A stretch of 38,098 bases of DNA from an uncultured Desulfovibrio sp. (GCA_946490455.1 CAMLXE010000001.1:1-38098); one strand, 5' to 3'. Positions 8,577 through 18,190 are shown, counted from the first letter of the stretch. A program made the numbers and translations. Notes: generated by a model not told the origin, from the letters alone.

Positions 8577-10115
8577 CTATTTTCCAAGCCCCATGGGTTC
8601 TTCACGGAAAATACGGGCATCCATCAGCTTGGGTTCGCCGTCCATCTTGGGCTTGAAGGCCATATGGGCGAAGATATCCTTTTCGATGTCGATACCAGGG
8701 GCAACTTCGGTCAGGTAGAGACCATCCTTGCGCAGTTCAAACACGGCACGTTCAGTGATGTACATAACCGGCTGTCCCACGGAATTGGCGAAGTCACCAG
8801 AGAAGGTCACATGGTCGACCATGTGCAGGAATTTGTCCTTGGCACCTTCCTGAATGATCTTCAGCTTGCCATCTTCAACGCCAACCTTCAGTCCCTTGGT
8901 TGTAAAGGTTCCGCAGAAGAACAGACGCTTGGCGTTCTGTGTGATGTTGATGAAACCACCACAACCAGTGATGCGCGGTCCCATCTTGGAAACGTTGATG
9001 TTACCCTTTTCATCGCATTCGGCGAGGCCAAGGAAGGCGAGGTCAAGCCCACCACCATCGTAGAAGTCGAACTGATAGGGTTCATCCAGGATGATGTCGG
9101 GGTTGATGGACAGACCAAACAGTCCGCCACCGGCAGGAATACCACCCACAGGACCAGCTTCAACAGTCAGGGTCATGTAGTCACCAATACCTTCTTCGTT
9201 GGCAACGACGGCCACGGCTTCGGGCATACCGATACCGAGGTTGACGATGGCGTTGGGCTGCAGTTCCATGGCGGCACGACGAGCAATGATCTTACGTTCG
9301 CTCATGGGCAGAGCGGGGATGGCATCGGTAGGAATACGGATTTCCCCATTGCAGGCCGGGCTCATGGAGGCATCGGCTTCAGGCATGTTTTCTGCCGGAG
9401 GAACAACAACAACGGTGTCAACATAGACGCCGGGGATCTTCACCAGACGAGGATCAAGAGTCCCAGCCTTAACGACACGTTCAACCTGGACGATGACCTT
9501 GCCGCCAGAGCACTTGGTTGCCTGAGCAATGGAACCAGTGTCCAGCGTTACACCTTCTTTTTCAAGGGAGATATTTCCCTTTTCATCAGCCGTGGTACCG
9601 CGGAGCAGGCAGACATTAATGGGGAAGGCCTTGTACAGAAGCTGTTCCTTGCCGTTGATGACAAGTTTTTCTACAGCGTTCTTCTGGGCCTTTGCCTTGT
9701 TGTTGATGGCACCGCCGTCAATATCGGGGTCTACAAAGGTCTTCAGACCTACATGGGTCAACGTACCGATCTTGCCAGCCGCGATATCACGGAACATATG
9801 GCAGATGGTTCCCTGAGGCAGGTTGTAGGCTTCAATTTTTTCTTCGGTGGCAAGCTTGCCCAGATCGGGCGCAAGGTTCCAGTGCCCACCGATAACGCGT
9901 TTCAGCATTCCTTCATGCGCGAAATGATTTACCCCTACCTGGCCGGCAGAGTACACGAGAGTCAGGTTGGAAGGCTTTCCTGTTTCGAGGAACCGTTTTT
10001 CGAGTGCCTGGGCGAGAACTTCTGCAAAACCATTCGATACGAAACCGCTTGTGGCAAGGGTATCATTGTCATTGATTTGTGCCACGGCTTCTTCGGCTGT
10101 CAGAAACTTGACCAT
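8577..10115 (-). CDS. Family I acyl-CoA:acetate/3-ketoacid CoA transferase (Pct/YdiF-like, fused alpha-beta)
   Basis: EGMLKRVIGGHW, AYNLPQG, VGLKTFVDP, RGTTADEKGN, IIARRAAMEL, NLGIGMPE, catalytic-Glu motif TVEAG, QFDFYDGGG, GCGGFINITQ, YITERAVF. Confidence 0.95.
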   Translation of the reverse strand: MVKFLTAEEAVAQINDNDTLATSGFVSNGFAEVLAQALEKRFLETGKPSNLTLVYSAGQVGVNHFAHEGMLKRVIGGHWNLAPDLGKLATEEKIEAYNLPQGTICHMFRDIAAGKIGTLTHVGLKTFVDPDIDGGAINNKAKAQKNAVEKLVINGKEQLLYKAFPINVCLLRGTTADEKGNISLEKEGVTLDTGSIAQATKCSGGKVIVQVERVVKAGTLDPRLVKIPGVYVDTVVVVPPAENMPEADASMSPACNGEIRIPTDAIPALPMSERKIIARRAAMELQPNAIVNLGIGMPEAVAVVANEEGIGDYMTLTVEAGPVGGIPAGGGLFGLSINPDIILDEPYQFDFYDGGGLDLAFLGLAECDEKGNINVSKMGPRITGCGGFINITQNAKRLFFCGTFTTKGLKVGVEDGKLKIIQEGAKDKFLHMVDHVTFSGDFANSVGQPVMYITERAVFELRKDGLYLTEVAPGIDIEKDIFAHMAFKPKMDGEPKLMDARIFREEPMGLGK

Positions 10116-10239
10116 GATGCTATACTCCTGAGTTTAGCAGTTTGACATCTCAATGGATGTCCTGTCCCTTTACATAGCTATAATCACGATTTGAGACATA
10201 GCAAGGGGAAATAATATGCATTTTTCAGGGAAAATGAAG

Positions 10240-10291
10240 AAAAATTGAGAAAGACCCGTGCCGCATGGAGAGTTTACGCGGTACGGGTCTT
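10240..10291 (-). terminator. Hairpin/terminator after the permease
   Basis: AAGACCCGTGCCGC...GCGGTACGGGTCTT inverted repeat; T-rich tail on the minus strand. Confidence 0.6.
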
Positions 10292-10303
10292 GTCAGTCGC
10301 GGC

Positions 10304-11704
10304 TTAGCCCATATGGAGGCCGAGCATGCTCCATACGATGGTCAGCACGAAGGTTACGCCAACGGGGATAACCAGAGAAACCATACCGATGTCGGCATAG
10401 GATTCCTTGTGGGTCAGACCGCAGATGGCGAGCAGGGTGATAACGGCGCCGTTGTGAGGCATGGTGTCGAAGCCACCGGAAGCCATGGAGGCAATGCGGT
10501 GCAGCAGTTCAACGCTGATGCCGTTCTGGGTGGCGAGCTCCATGTAGTACTGGCCCATGGTTTCAAGGGCGATGGACATACCACCGGAAGCGGAACCGGT
10601 GATACCGGCAAGCAGGTTAACCATGATGAATTCGGAGATCAGCGGGTTGCCTGCGCTGACGCCCATGAGGGCTTCCTTAACGGTGGTGAAACCGGGCAGG
10701 CTGGAAATGATGTTACCATAACCCACTTCCGAAGCAGTGTTCATGATGGCGAGCAGAGAACCGATGGTACCGGCGTTGAGGCAGGTCATCAGGTTGCCGC
10801 GAACCTTGAACTGGCGGGCGGAGATGATGATACCGGCGAGAATACCGGCAACGAGAGCGATGATCAGAGCCCAGGTAGCCACGGGGATAACCTTGGAGGC
10901 GAGGGCCAGCTTGCTGGTGGGTTCCATCATGGTAGGATCCCAGCCGGCAATAACCTTGGTCATGACATAGTTGAGCACGAGGGTGATGATCAGAGGCAGA
11001 GCGGCGAGGCCAGGATTCACATCAGGCACGTCGTTTTCAACCTCGTCTTTAACATGACGGGTGTCGATGGCACCGAAACCTTCGCCGTTGGCAATCATGC
11101 GATGTTTACGCATTTCGAGCCAGAACAGAGCGATACCGTAGATGAGAGCAGCACCGATCAGACCAAAAACGGGAGCGGCATAGGCGTCGGTTCCGAAGTA
11201 CTTGGTCGGGATCATGTTCTGAATCTGAGGCGTACCGGGGATAGCGGTCATGGTGCAACCAAAGGCGCCAAGGGCGATGCAGCCAGGGATCAGGCGGCGG
11301 GGGAAATTGGCTTCCTGGAAGATAGCGTTAGCGAAGGGATAAACGGCAAAGCCCACGACGAACAGGGACACGCCACCGTAGGTCAGGATGGATGCAGCGA
11401 TAACAATGGAGATAACAGCACGGGAGGTACCCAGCTTATGAACGATCCAGCCGGCGATGGAGCGAGCCATGCCGCTGTCTTCCATGACTTTACCGAAAAC
11501 GGCGCCGAGCAGGAAGATGGGGAAGAAGTTCTTTACATAGGTACCGGCCGAGTTCATGAAGAGCTCGGAATAGGTGGGCATGGGGGATAGCCCGGCAGTC
11601 AGAGCCGCCACCAGCGCGCAGAGCGGGGCGAACAGAATGACCGAGAAGCCGCGGAAGGCAATCCAGGTCAAAAGTGCAAGAGAAACCAGAATACCAATAA
11701 CCAT
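10304..11704 (-). CDS. GntP-family (H+/organic acid) permease, 3-hydroxybutyrate-permease-like
   Basis: Very hydrophobic 466 aa; FFPIFLLGAVFGKVMEDSG, LTYGGVSLFVVGFAVYP, PGTPQIQN, LAGITGSASGGMSIAL, DTMPHNGAVITLL; RBS GGAGG. Substrate is inferred. Confidence 0.88.
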   Translation of the reverse strand: MVIGILVSLALLTWIAFRGFSVILFAPLCALVAALTAGLSPMPTYSELFMNSAGTYVKNFFPIFLLGAVFGKVMEDSGMARSIAGWIVHKLGTSRAVISIVIAASILTYGGVSLFVVGFAVYPFANAIFQEANFPRRLIPGCIALGAFGCTMTAIPGTPQIQNMIPTKYFGTDAYAAPVFGLIGAALIYGIALFWLEMRKHRMIANGEGFGAIDTRHVKDEVENDVPDVNPGLAALPLIITLVLNYVMTKVIAGWDPTMMEPTSKLALASKVIPVATWALIIALVAGILAGIIISARQFKVRGNLMTCLNAGTIGSLLAIMNTASEVGYGNIISSLPGFTTVKEALMGVSAGNPLISEFIMVNLLAGITGSASGGMSIALETMGQYYMELATQNGISVELLHRIASMASGGFDTMPHNGAVITLLAICGLTHKESYADIGMVSLVIPVGVTFVLTIVWSMLGLHMG

Positions 11705-12734
11705 AACCTAATCCCTCCAGGTTAAGTAACGCCCGTTTAAGGGCCTGACGTCCCCGCGCCTTACCGCGGGAAATCCCAAAATTGCCATCGTCTTCCGACA
11801 GGATTCTTGAATGCGCCGGTCATTTCTCCCGAATGGCCGACGGCCGGAATGGGATGGACTCTTGAACCAAAGAATGTCCGACAATGGTGAACTGTATTGG
11901 ACCGGACACCTTTTTGGGCCTGTGATGCATTACGATTCGTCTCTGTACTCCCGGAAAAATTTGTTGGGAATCAAGATAATTCGTAATCTTTTTCACAATG
12001 TGTTGCTGTTCAAACAGGTGCTATTCCCCATATCCCGGCAGCACATGGGGGACATTAGCCCAAGAGGAGGAAAAGCACAAGAGGTTCGGACTGAAAAAGG
12101 TCTGAAGCCGGGTAAGAAGAGTGAGGAAATTGAGGAAAATTATTTTGAACATCAATCCGCTTTCCCTTCTTGAGGTGTTCATAAATTTCACATGATATTC
12201 GGCCAGTGAATGCAAACCATTCCTATTAAAGGAATCAGGTTGGAGCATCATACTGGTATACTGGCATGTCCGGGAATGTCGTATGGAAGTTGACGAATAC
12301 GAAAAACTTACTGCAAGAATGTTATATGTTCGTACGGAATCTACAGAAGAAGAAAATTTTTTGGAGAAAGTTTCAACAGCAGATGCATATGTACGTCAGA
12401 CTGATACAGGGACTGTGCTCAGGTCCCAATGAAACTGTATCTGGCATCAGACGAATGTCCTTTTTTTATTTATGAATGGAAACGTACAGATAATGTATTC
12501 GAGCTGAAGCGGAAATGTAAAACTGTTTTTATTGACTAAAAAATAGGAGTTGACGATTTTGAAACTCATATGGTCACGTTTCGATACATACGGAGTTGAA
12601 GGTATAGTCTGTTCGGAATGATCGAACAGGACGATGTTTTTTTATCCGAAATGCTCCCCCTGTATTTTCGTTGAAGTCATCACTTGGGTGGTGTATGTGT
12701 TGAAAAGCCTCCAAAGGAGGCAAAGGAGTTCACC

Positions 12735-13817
12735 ATGTGCCCGAGCCGTCTTCAGTCAGCTCTGTCTCCCGCACTTGTACCCCTTTCCTTTTTGTATGGT
12801 GGTCTCATGCGCTTGCGCCGCCACATGTGGGAAAGCGGTCGCTTTGACAGATTTGATCCGCCCTGCCCCTGTATTTCTGTGGGCAACATTTCATGGGGAG
12901 GGACGGGAAAGACACCCATTACCGACTGGCTCTTGGGCTGGGCAGAAAGCCGGTACCGGCAAGCCGTTGTTCTTTCCAGAGGATATGGGGGAAAGGCGCC
13001 GCATGTTCCTTTGCTGGTAACACCTCAGCTCACTGCCGGAGAAACGGGCGATGAGCCTCTCATGCTGGCTCTGGATCATCCTGTGAGTGCCATTCTGGTT
13101 GATCCGGACAGACGGAGAGCGGGGCGGCACATTCTGAAGACACATGCACCCGGTTTGTTTATCCTGGATGACGGCTTTCAGCATGTGGCCGTCCATCGGG
13201 ATCTGGATCTTGTTCTTCTGCATCTGAATGATCTGTCCGAAGGCTGGGGAAAGGTGATTCCCGCAGGTACATGGCGAGAAGGGCCTACAGCGCTCAATCG
13301 TGCAGGTGTGTTCCTCATCAAGTGTAGCCCTGCCGTTTTTGATGAACTTGTGCCTCTTTTTGAGTCTCGGTTGAAGAAACTGCGTAAGCCTCTTTTCAGC
13401 TTTTCTCTGAGGCCCAAAGCGCTGGAGCCTGTTCGTGCATACGGGAATACGCATTGGTTTGTTCCAGATTCCGTGAAGGAATTTCCCAATGGACAGGGCT
13501 ATGCCCTTGTCAGCGGTGTAGGAGATCCCGAGCAGGTCGCGGAAACGGTAACATCCTTTCTTGGTTATCCTCCTGAACGGCATCAGATTTATGCCGATCA
13601 TCATCGATATACGGCGCAGGATGCCATTTTTCTTGAAAACCTGGGGCTCCCTTTGATCTGCACACGCAAGGATGCCGTGAAATTGAGAGAATTGCATCTT
13701 TCGCGTCTCTGGTCCTTACGGGTAGAGGTCGTCTTCGGTCCTTGCCTATGGAGTGAGGAGGTCTTTCCTGAATGGCTTGAGACGTGGTGGCGGAAGCAGG
13801 AGAAGGCAAGAGCATGA
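12735..13817 (+). CDS. lpxK: Tetraacyldisaccharide 4'-kinase
   Basis: ISVGNISWGGTGKTP, LSRGYGG, GDEPLML, ILDDGFQH, PAGTWRE, DHHRY, TRKDAVKL; start set at ATG 12735 after AAGGAG. Confidence 0.95.
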   Translation: MCPSRLQSALSPALVPLSFLYGGLMRLRRHMWESGRFDRFDPPCPCISVGNISWGGTGKTPITDWLLGWAESRYRQAVVLSRGYGGKAPHVPLLVTPQLTAGETGDEPLMLALDHPVSAILVDPDRRRAGRHILKTHAPGLFILDDGFQHVAVHRDLDLVLLHLNDLSEGWGKVIPAGTWREGPTALNRAGVFLIKCSPAVFDELVPLFESRLKKLRKPLFSFSLRPKALEPVRAYGNTHWFVPDSVKEFPNGQGYALVSGVGDPEQVAETVTSFLGYPPERHQIYADHHRYTAQDAIFLENLGLPLICTRKDAVKLRELHLSRLWSLRVEVVFGPCLWSEEVFPEWLETWWRKQEKARA

Positions 13818-16345
13818 CAAGACGCAGGAATCATGCAAGGAAAGAAAGGAACTTTTCGGCGCATAAGGCTGATTTGCGAGGTAATGTGGACTTCTCTGTC
13901 CCCGGAGGGCTGGATGGAAATGAAGTCGTTGAAATCATAAGGCGAGTGAACCGTCCCGTTCGAGTGGATGATCTGCTTCGTTTCCTTGATCTTTCCCGTC
14001 GGGAAAAAACACCGCTCGGCAAAATGCTGGAGCGTCTGGAAGCCGAGGGCCGAGTCTTGCGTCTTTATGGTGGGCGCTGGATTGCTGCAGATCAGGCTTC
14101 GTTGATTACAGGAACTCTGTCCGTACAGCGTTCTGGAGCGGGATTCGTTACCCCCGACACTTTGGAGCAGAAAGATCAGCATGACTATCGAAAACTGTCA
14201 TCAGATATCTTTGTCCGGGCGGAGCTTTTGGGAGATGCCTGGCATGGAGATCGTGTCGAGGTCGTGTTGCAGCCGGGAAGTGAGCGGAAGGGAAAAGGCG
14301 TTCGCCATACGGCTCGCAGTCCCGAAGGAAGAATTGTCCGGGTTCTTGAACGGGGATTGAAGGAAATTGCTGCCCATGCAACACGGCGAACCTCTGCCCG
14401 GGGGCTTTTCTGCCGACCTGCAGATCCGCGTCTGAATTTTATGCTGGATACAGATCTTTCTGGCCTTGCAGAACAGCCGGTTCCCGGGGAATTGCTTCTG
14501 ATTCGCCCCGAAGAAAAGCAGCGACCCGGCATCTGGAGCGGAGTAGCCCTTTCTTCGTTGGGAAGAGAAGATGATGCTTCGGTACAGGAACGTCTGACCA
14601 AGCTGAATCATCAGATCCCGCTGGAGTTCCCTCCCAATGTCCTTGCAGCAGCGCGCATTCTGGAAAATGTGAACGACAGGGATGGATTGCCCCTGTGCGG
14701 TGACGTCGGGACAGCTCCTTCCTCCGCCTCTTTGCCCTTTGCTTCTTCGGGAAAGCGGCAGGATTTGCGGGGAATTCCCTTTGTGACCATCGACGGGGAA
14801 GATGCGCGCGATTTTGATGATGCAATCTATGTTCAACCGATTCTGCATGGGGGAATGCCTGTCTGGGAACTTTGGGTGGCCATTGCAGACGTAAGCCATT
14901 TTGTGAGGACCGGGTCCGTCCTGGATCGCGAAGCACGGGAAAGGGGTAATTCCTGCTATTTCCCCACCTCGGTGGAACCCATGTTGCCGGAAATCCTTTC
15001 CAATGGATTATGCAGCCTGCGGCCTGGAGAGGATCGTCTGGTCATGGCCGTCCGTATCCGATTTGATGAACATGGAGAGCCAAGAGCTTCGGCCTTTTTC
15101 CCCGGTTTGATCCGATCTCGGGCTCGTCTCACCTATGAAGAGGTTCAGGCAGCCTTTGACAAGGAAAAAGGTGGGGAAACTGCCGGAAAGGATGGCAGGA
15201 GAGAGCGTTCCGATTCTCGGGAGAACAGCGTTTCCCTTGAAGCAGATACGAAAGCTGGAGGAATACTCGCGGCTCATCCCTGGCTGGCTGATGCGTACCG
15301 CCTGGCAGGGCTTCTGTGGGGAAGGAGGCTTGAGCGGGGGAGCCTTGATTTTGATCTGCCGGAAGCCCGGTATGTGGTTTCCGACGGCAGGGTAACGAAT
15401 CTTGTACGGCGTGAACGCCTCTTTGCGCATCGGCTGATTGAGGAGTTCATGCTGGCTGCCAATGAAGCAGTAGCACGGTTCCTGACCCAGAAGGGGATCC
15501 CATTCCCGTGTCGAATACATCCCGCTCCTGATCCTGATCGTCTTCGGAGTCTCTTTCGGACTCTATTGGCAACGGGGTTATTTTCAGAACCTGAACTTGC
15601 ACAGTGGAATCAGCGTGAGGAGACACCCGATCCCGGAAGCCTGAGGGGAATTCTGGAGGAGGCAAAGGGAACGCCACGGGAAGATATTGTCGGTCGGCTG
15701 GTTCTCAGATCCATGATGCAGGCCCGGTATTCTCCAGAGGTCGGTGAGCATTTTGGTCTGGCATCAGCCTGTTACTGCCATTTCACTTCTCCCATCCGGC
15801 GATATGCCGATTTGCTTGTACACAGAGCGCTGCATCATGCGCTGGGTGCGGAGCAGCCTGTCGTATCGGGAGGAAAACTGCTTGCCTTCACCGATCAGTG
15901 CAACGCGAGGGAAAGAGTCGCGACCGAGGCAGAGCGTGAGGTCGTCCGTCGCTTTGCCTGCCTGCTTCTGCGCGAGAGGGCAGGAGAAACCTTTTCGGGG
16001 ACAGTGTCCGGGGTCACGGAATTTGGCTTTTTTGTCGAGCTGGAGGCCATGCCGGTGGAAGGGATGGTCCGATTGGAAGCACTTCGCTATGACTGGTTTG
16101 AATATGATCCGGACCGGCAGAGCCTGACAGGTGTGGGAACCGGACGACGGTTTCAGCTCGGACAGCGTATGGTGGTACGGCTCGTGGATGTCCATATCGG
16201 TCGACTTGAAATCAATCTGGAACCGGTGGAGTCTAAAGGTACGGGGAAGCGATCCAGGCCAGGGCATTCCTCAGGCGTACGGGCAAGGAAGGAACCGCGG
16301 TTGGTATGGGAACGGAACGCCTTTTCACATCGTCGAAAAAGGTAA
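13814..16345 (+). CDS. rnr: Ribonuclease R (RNB family)
   Basis: N-terminal HTH and cold-shock regions, TIDGEDARDFDDA, IADVSHFV, CSLRP, LIEEFMLAAN, HFTSPIRRYADL, S1 domain, basic tail; ATGA overlap with the lpxK stop. Confidence 0.93.
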   Translation: MTRRRNHARKERNFSAHKADLRGNVDFSVPGGLDGNEVVEIIRRVNRPVRVDDLLRFLDLSRREKTPLGKMLERLEAEGRVLRLYGGRWIAADQASLITGTLSVQRSGAGFVTPDTLEQKDQHDYRKLSSDIFVRAELLGDAWHGDRVEVVLQPGSERKGKGVRHTARSPEGRIVRVLERGLKEIAAHATRRTSARGLFCRPADPRLNFMLDTDLSGLAEQPVPGELLLIRPEEKQRPGIWSGVALSSLGREDDASVQERLTKLNHQIPLEFPPNVLAAARILENVNDRDGLPLCGDVGTAPSSASLPFASSGKRQDLRGIPFVTIDGEDARDFDDAIYVQPILHGGMPVWELWVAIADVSHFVRTGSVLDREARERGNSCYFPTSVEPMLPEILSNGLCSLRPGEDRLVMAVRIRFDEHGEPRASAFFPGLIRSRARLTYEEVQAAFDKEKGGETAGKDGRRERSDSRENSVSLEADTKAGGILAAHPWLADAYRLAGLLWGRRLERGSLDFDLPEARYVVSDGRVTNLVRRERLFAHRLIEEFMLAANEAVARFLTQKGIPFPCRIHPAPDPDRLRSLFRTLLATGLFSEPELAQWNQREETPDPGSLRGILEEAKGTPREDIVGRLVLRSMMQARYSPEVGEHFGLASACYCHFTSPIRRYADLLVHRALHHALGAEQPVVSGGKLLAFTDQCNARERVATEAEREVVRRFACLLLRERAGETFSGTVSGVTEFGFFVELEAMPVEGMVRLEALRYDWFEYDPDRQSLTGVGTGRRFQLGQRMVVRLVDVHIGRLEINLEPVESKGTGKRSRPGHSSGVRARKEPRLVWERNAFSHRRKR

Positions 16346-17678
16346 TGAGATCGGCAGTGATCCCGGTGTCAAAGACTTCCATGACCAGTTCAAAGTTCAG
16401 GTTCAGACTGCGTGGGTCAAGGTTGGCCGATCCCAGAAGGGTATATTCCTCGTCAACAAGCAGAAGTTTTGTGTGGGCAAAAGGTGGCGGCTGGTAAAAA
16501 AGGTGTATGCCGGACTCCTCAAGCAGACTGTTCTGATGACGCATGGCCCAGTCCACAAGACGATGATTGTTTTCTCCCGGGAGAATGACGCTTACGTCAA
16601 CTCCTCGAAGAACGGCGCTGATAAGGGCACTTTCCAGCCTGTGAGGGGGCAGAAAATAGGGACTCATGATCCGTACGGAATGACGGGCTGACGAGATCAT
16701 GGCACAGATAAGATCATGAATGATTTCATCTGGAGAGCCGGGACCATCTACCAGCAGGCGACAGGGGGTATTCCCTCGTTTCGGGGCAGTCAGGGGTATG
16801 GATGGGGATGCTTCACCCGTTACAAAGCTCCAGTCCATGAGAAAGGTCAGCGTAAGCTGCTCTGCGATAGGGCCTCGGCAAAGAAAGTGGATATCCTGTA
16901 CCCGATCCTTGCGGGGCAGGTTCACAAGATGATGCTGGGAGATGTTCATGCCGCCGGTAAAGGCCGTATCTCCATCGCAGACGAGAACCTTGCGGTGGGT
17001 CCGCAGATTGATGGAAAACTGAGGTGGAATGAGGGATGGGGGAAGAAAATAGGCCATCTTGACCTTGGGACCAAGTCTTTTTTGCCATTGGGCCAATGGG
17101 TTGAATGATCCCACACCATCCATGAGCAGGCGGACATCACAGCCGCGTTCGGCAGCTTCTTTCAGTGCTGTGGCAAAGCGCAGACCAACCTCGTCGTATC
17201 CGAAAATAAAGCTGGAGAGATAAACGCGCTCTCTGGCTTCAGCGATGGCCTGAAGCATAACGGGATAGGCCTTTTCTCCATTATGCAGGATTTCAAGATG
17301 ATTGCCTCCGACAGGATAGCGGCCTGTAAGTCGGTCACCGGGCAGTTCCAGGCGCCTTTGGGAGAGGGGCAGTTCCTCAGGCCTTACAAAGCCCAGGGAA
17401 ATCTCTTCCAGAATACGGCCATGCAGATCAATCTCTCCGTCAACAATCCTGTGGGCGGCTCTGTTCATCAGTTTGACCGCTCTGCTGTTTGTACGGTCGA
17501 TACCGAACAGCCAGTAAAGAAACGGACCCAGGGGGGGAACTATCAGGATAACAGCCACCCATCCCAGAGCAGCTCTGGAATCGCGCTTGTGCAGCAGGGC
17601 ATGCCCAGCGCTATAGAGGGAAAAAATGTGCACGCCCACAAAGATGGCAATGAGCAGACAGGTGACAGTTTCCGACAT
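16233..17678 (-). CDS. cls: Cardiolipin synthase (PLD family)
   Basis: Two N-terminal TM segments and two HKD motifs (HRKVLVCD...GGMNI; HTKLLLVD...GSANLDPRS). Start placed at MSETV because the longer ORF overlaps the usp gene. Confidence 0.92.
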   Translation of the reverse strand: MSETVTCLLIAIFVGVHIFSLYSAGHALLHKRDSRAALGWVAVILIVPPLGPFLYWLFGIDRTNSRAVKLMNRAAHRIVDGEIDLHGRILEEISLGFVRPEELPLSQRRLELPGDRLTGRYPVGGNHLEILHNGEKAYPVMLQAIAEARERVYLSSFIFGYDEVGLRFATALKEAAERGCDVRLLMDGVGSFNPLAQWQKRLGPKVKMAYFLPPSLIPPQFSINLRTHRKVLVCDGDTAFTGGMNISQHHLVNLPRKDRVQDIHFLCRGPIAEQLTLTFLMDWSFVTGEASPSIPLTAPKRGNTPCRLLVDGPGSPDEIIHDLICAMISSARHSVRIMSPYFLPPHRLESALISAVLRGVDVSVILPGENNHRLVDWAMRHQNSLLEESGIHLFYQPPPFAHTKLLLVDEEYTLLGSANLDPRSLNLNFELVMEVFDTGITADLITFFDDVKRRSVPIPTAVPSLPVRLRNALAWIASPYL

Positions 17679-17767
17679 GTTGTTCCATTTCCAGAGCAGT
17701 GTGCCGTCCGGATGGCAAAAAGCCATGCGGACGGCATGGAGTTGCCGCCCGCAGCGATAAATGTTTT

Positions 17768-18190
17768 CTAGCGAACTACCAGAACGGGAAGAGGAGAAAG
17801 AGCAAGAACGCGATGGGTGACACTGCCGAGAAGTATTCCTTCGATCTCGCTGCGTCCGCGGGGCGCCATCACAATGATGTCGCAATGCAGATCGGTTGCG
17901 GCATCCACAATACCGGAGGCCGGGGAGTCCGCGAAGATGATTCTTTCTTCGTAGGGGATTCCTGCGGAGGCAATGGTCTTCAGCGCTGTTTCCGTAATCA
18001 GATGTCCTCCACGTTCAACATCCTCCTTGGCTTTCAGGAAGGCTTCTCCCGTAATGGCTTCAGGAATGACGGGAACGATGGTTGTCACAATGATCGTTCC
18101 TCCGTCCCCGGCAAGATGTATGGCCTGCTCAATGGCTCTGGTCGCATGGGGGGAGCCATCTACCGGGAGCAGAATTCTTTTGTACAGCAT
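17768..18190 (-). CDS. Universal stress protein (UspA family)
   Basis: YKRILLPVDGS, DIIVMAPRGRS...LLGSVTHRVL...PVLVV; ATG 18190 behind GAGGT. Confidence 0.93.
   Translation of the reverse strand: MLYKRILLPVDGSPHATRAIEQAIHLAGDGGTIIVTTIVPVIPEAITGEAFLKAKEDVERGGHLITETALKTIASAGIPYEERIIFADSPASGIVDAATDLHCDIIVMAPRGRSEIEGILLGSVTHRVLALSPLPVLVVR

Noticed and set aside
8664-11590. Long plus-strand ORFs of 493 aa and 441 aa
   Set aside because: Antisense shadows of the CoA transferase and permease caused by codon bias; no recognisable motifs.
17679-17885. N-terminal extension of cls in the ORF track (550 aa)
   Set aside because: Overlaps the usp gene and is not Cls-like; the real start is more likely 17678.
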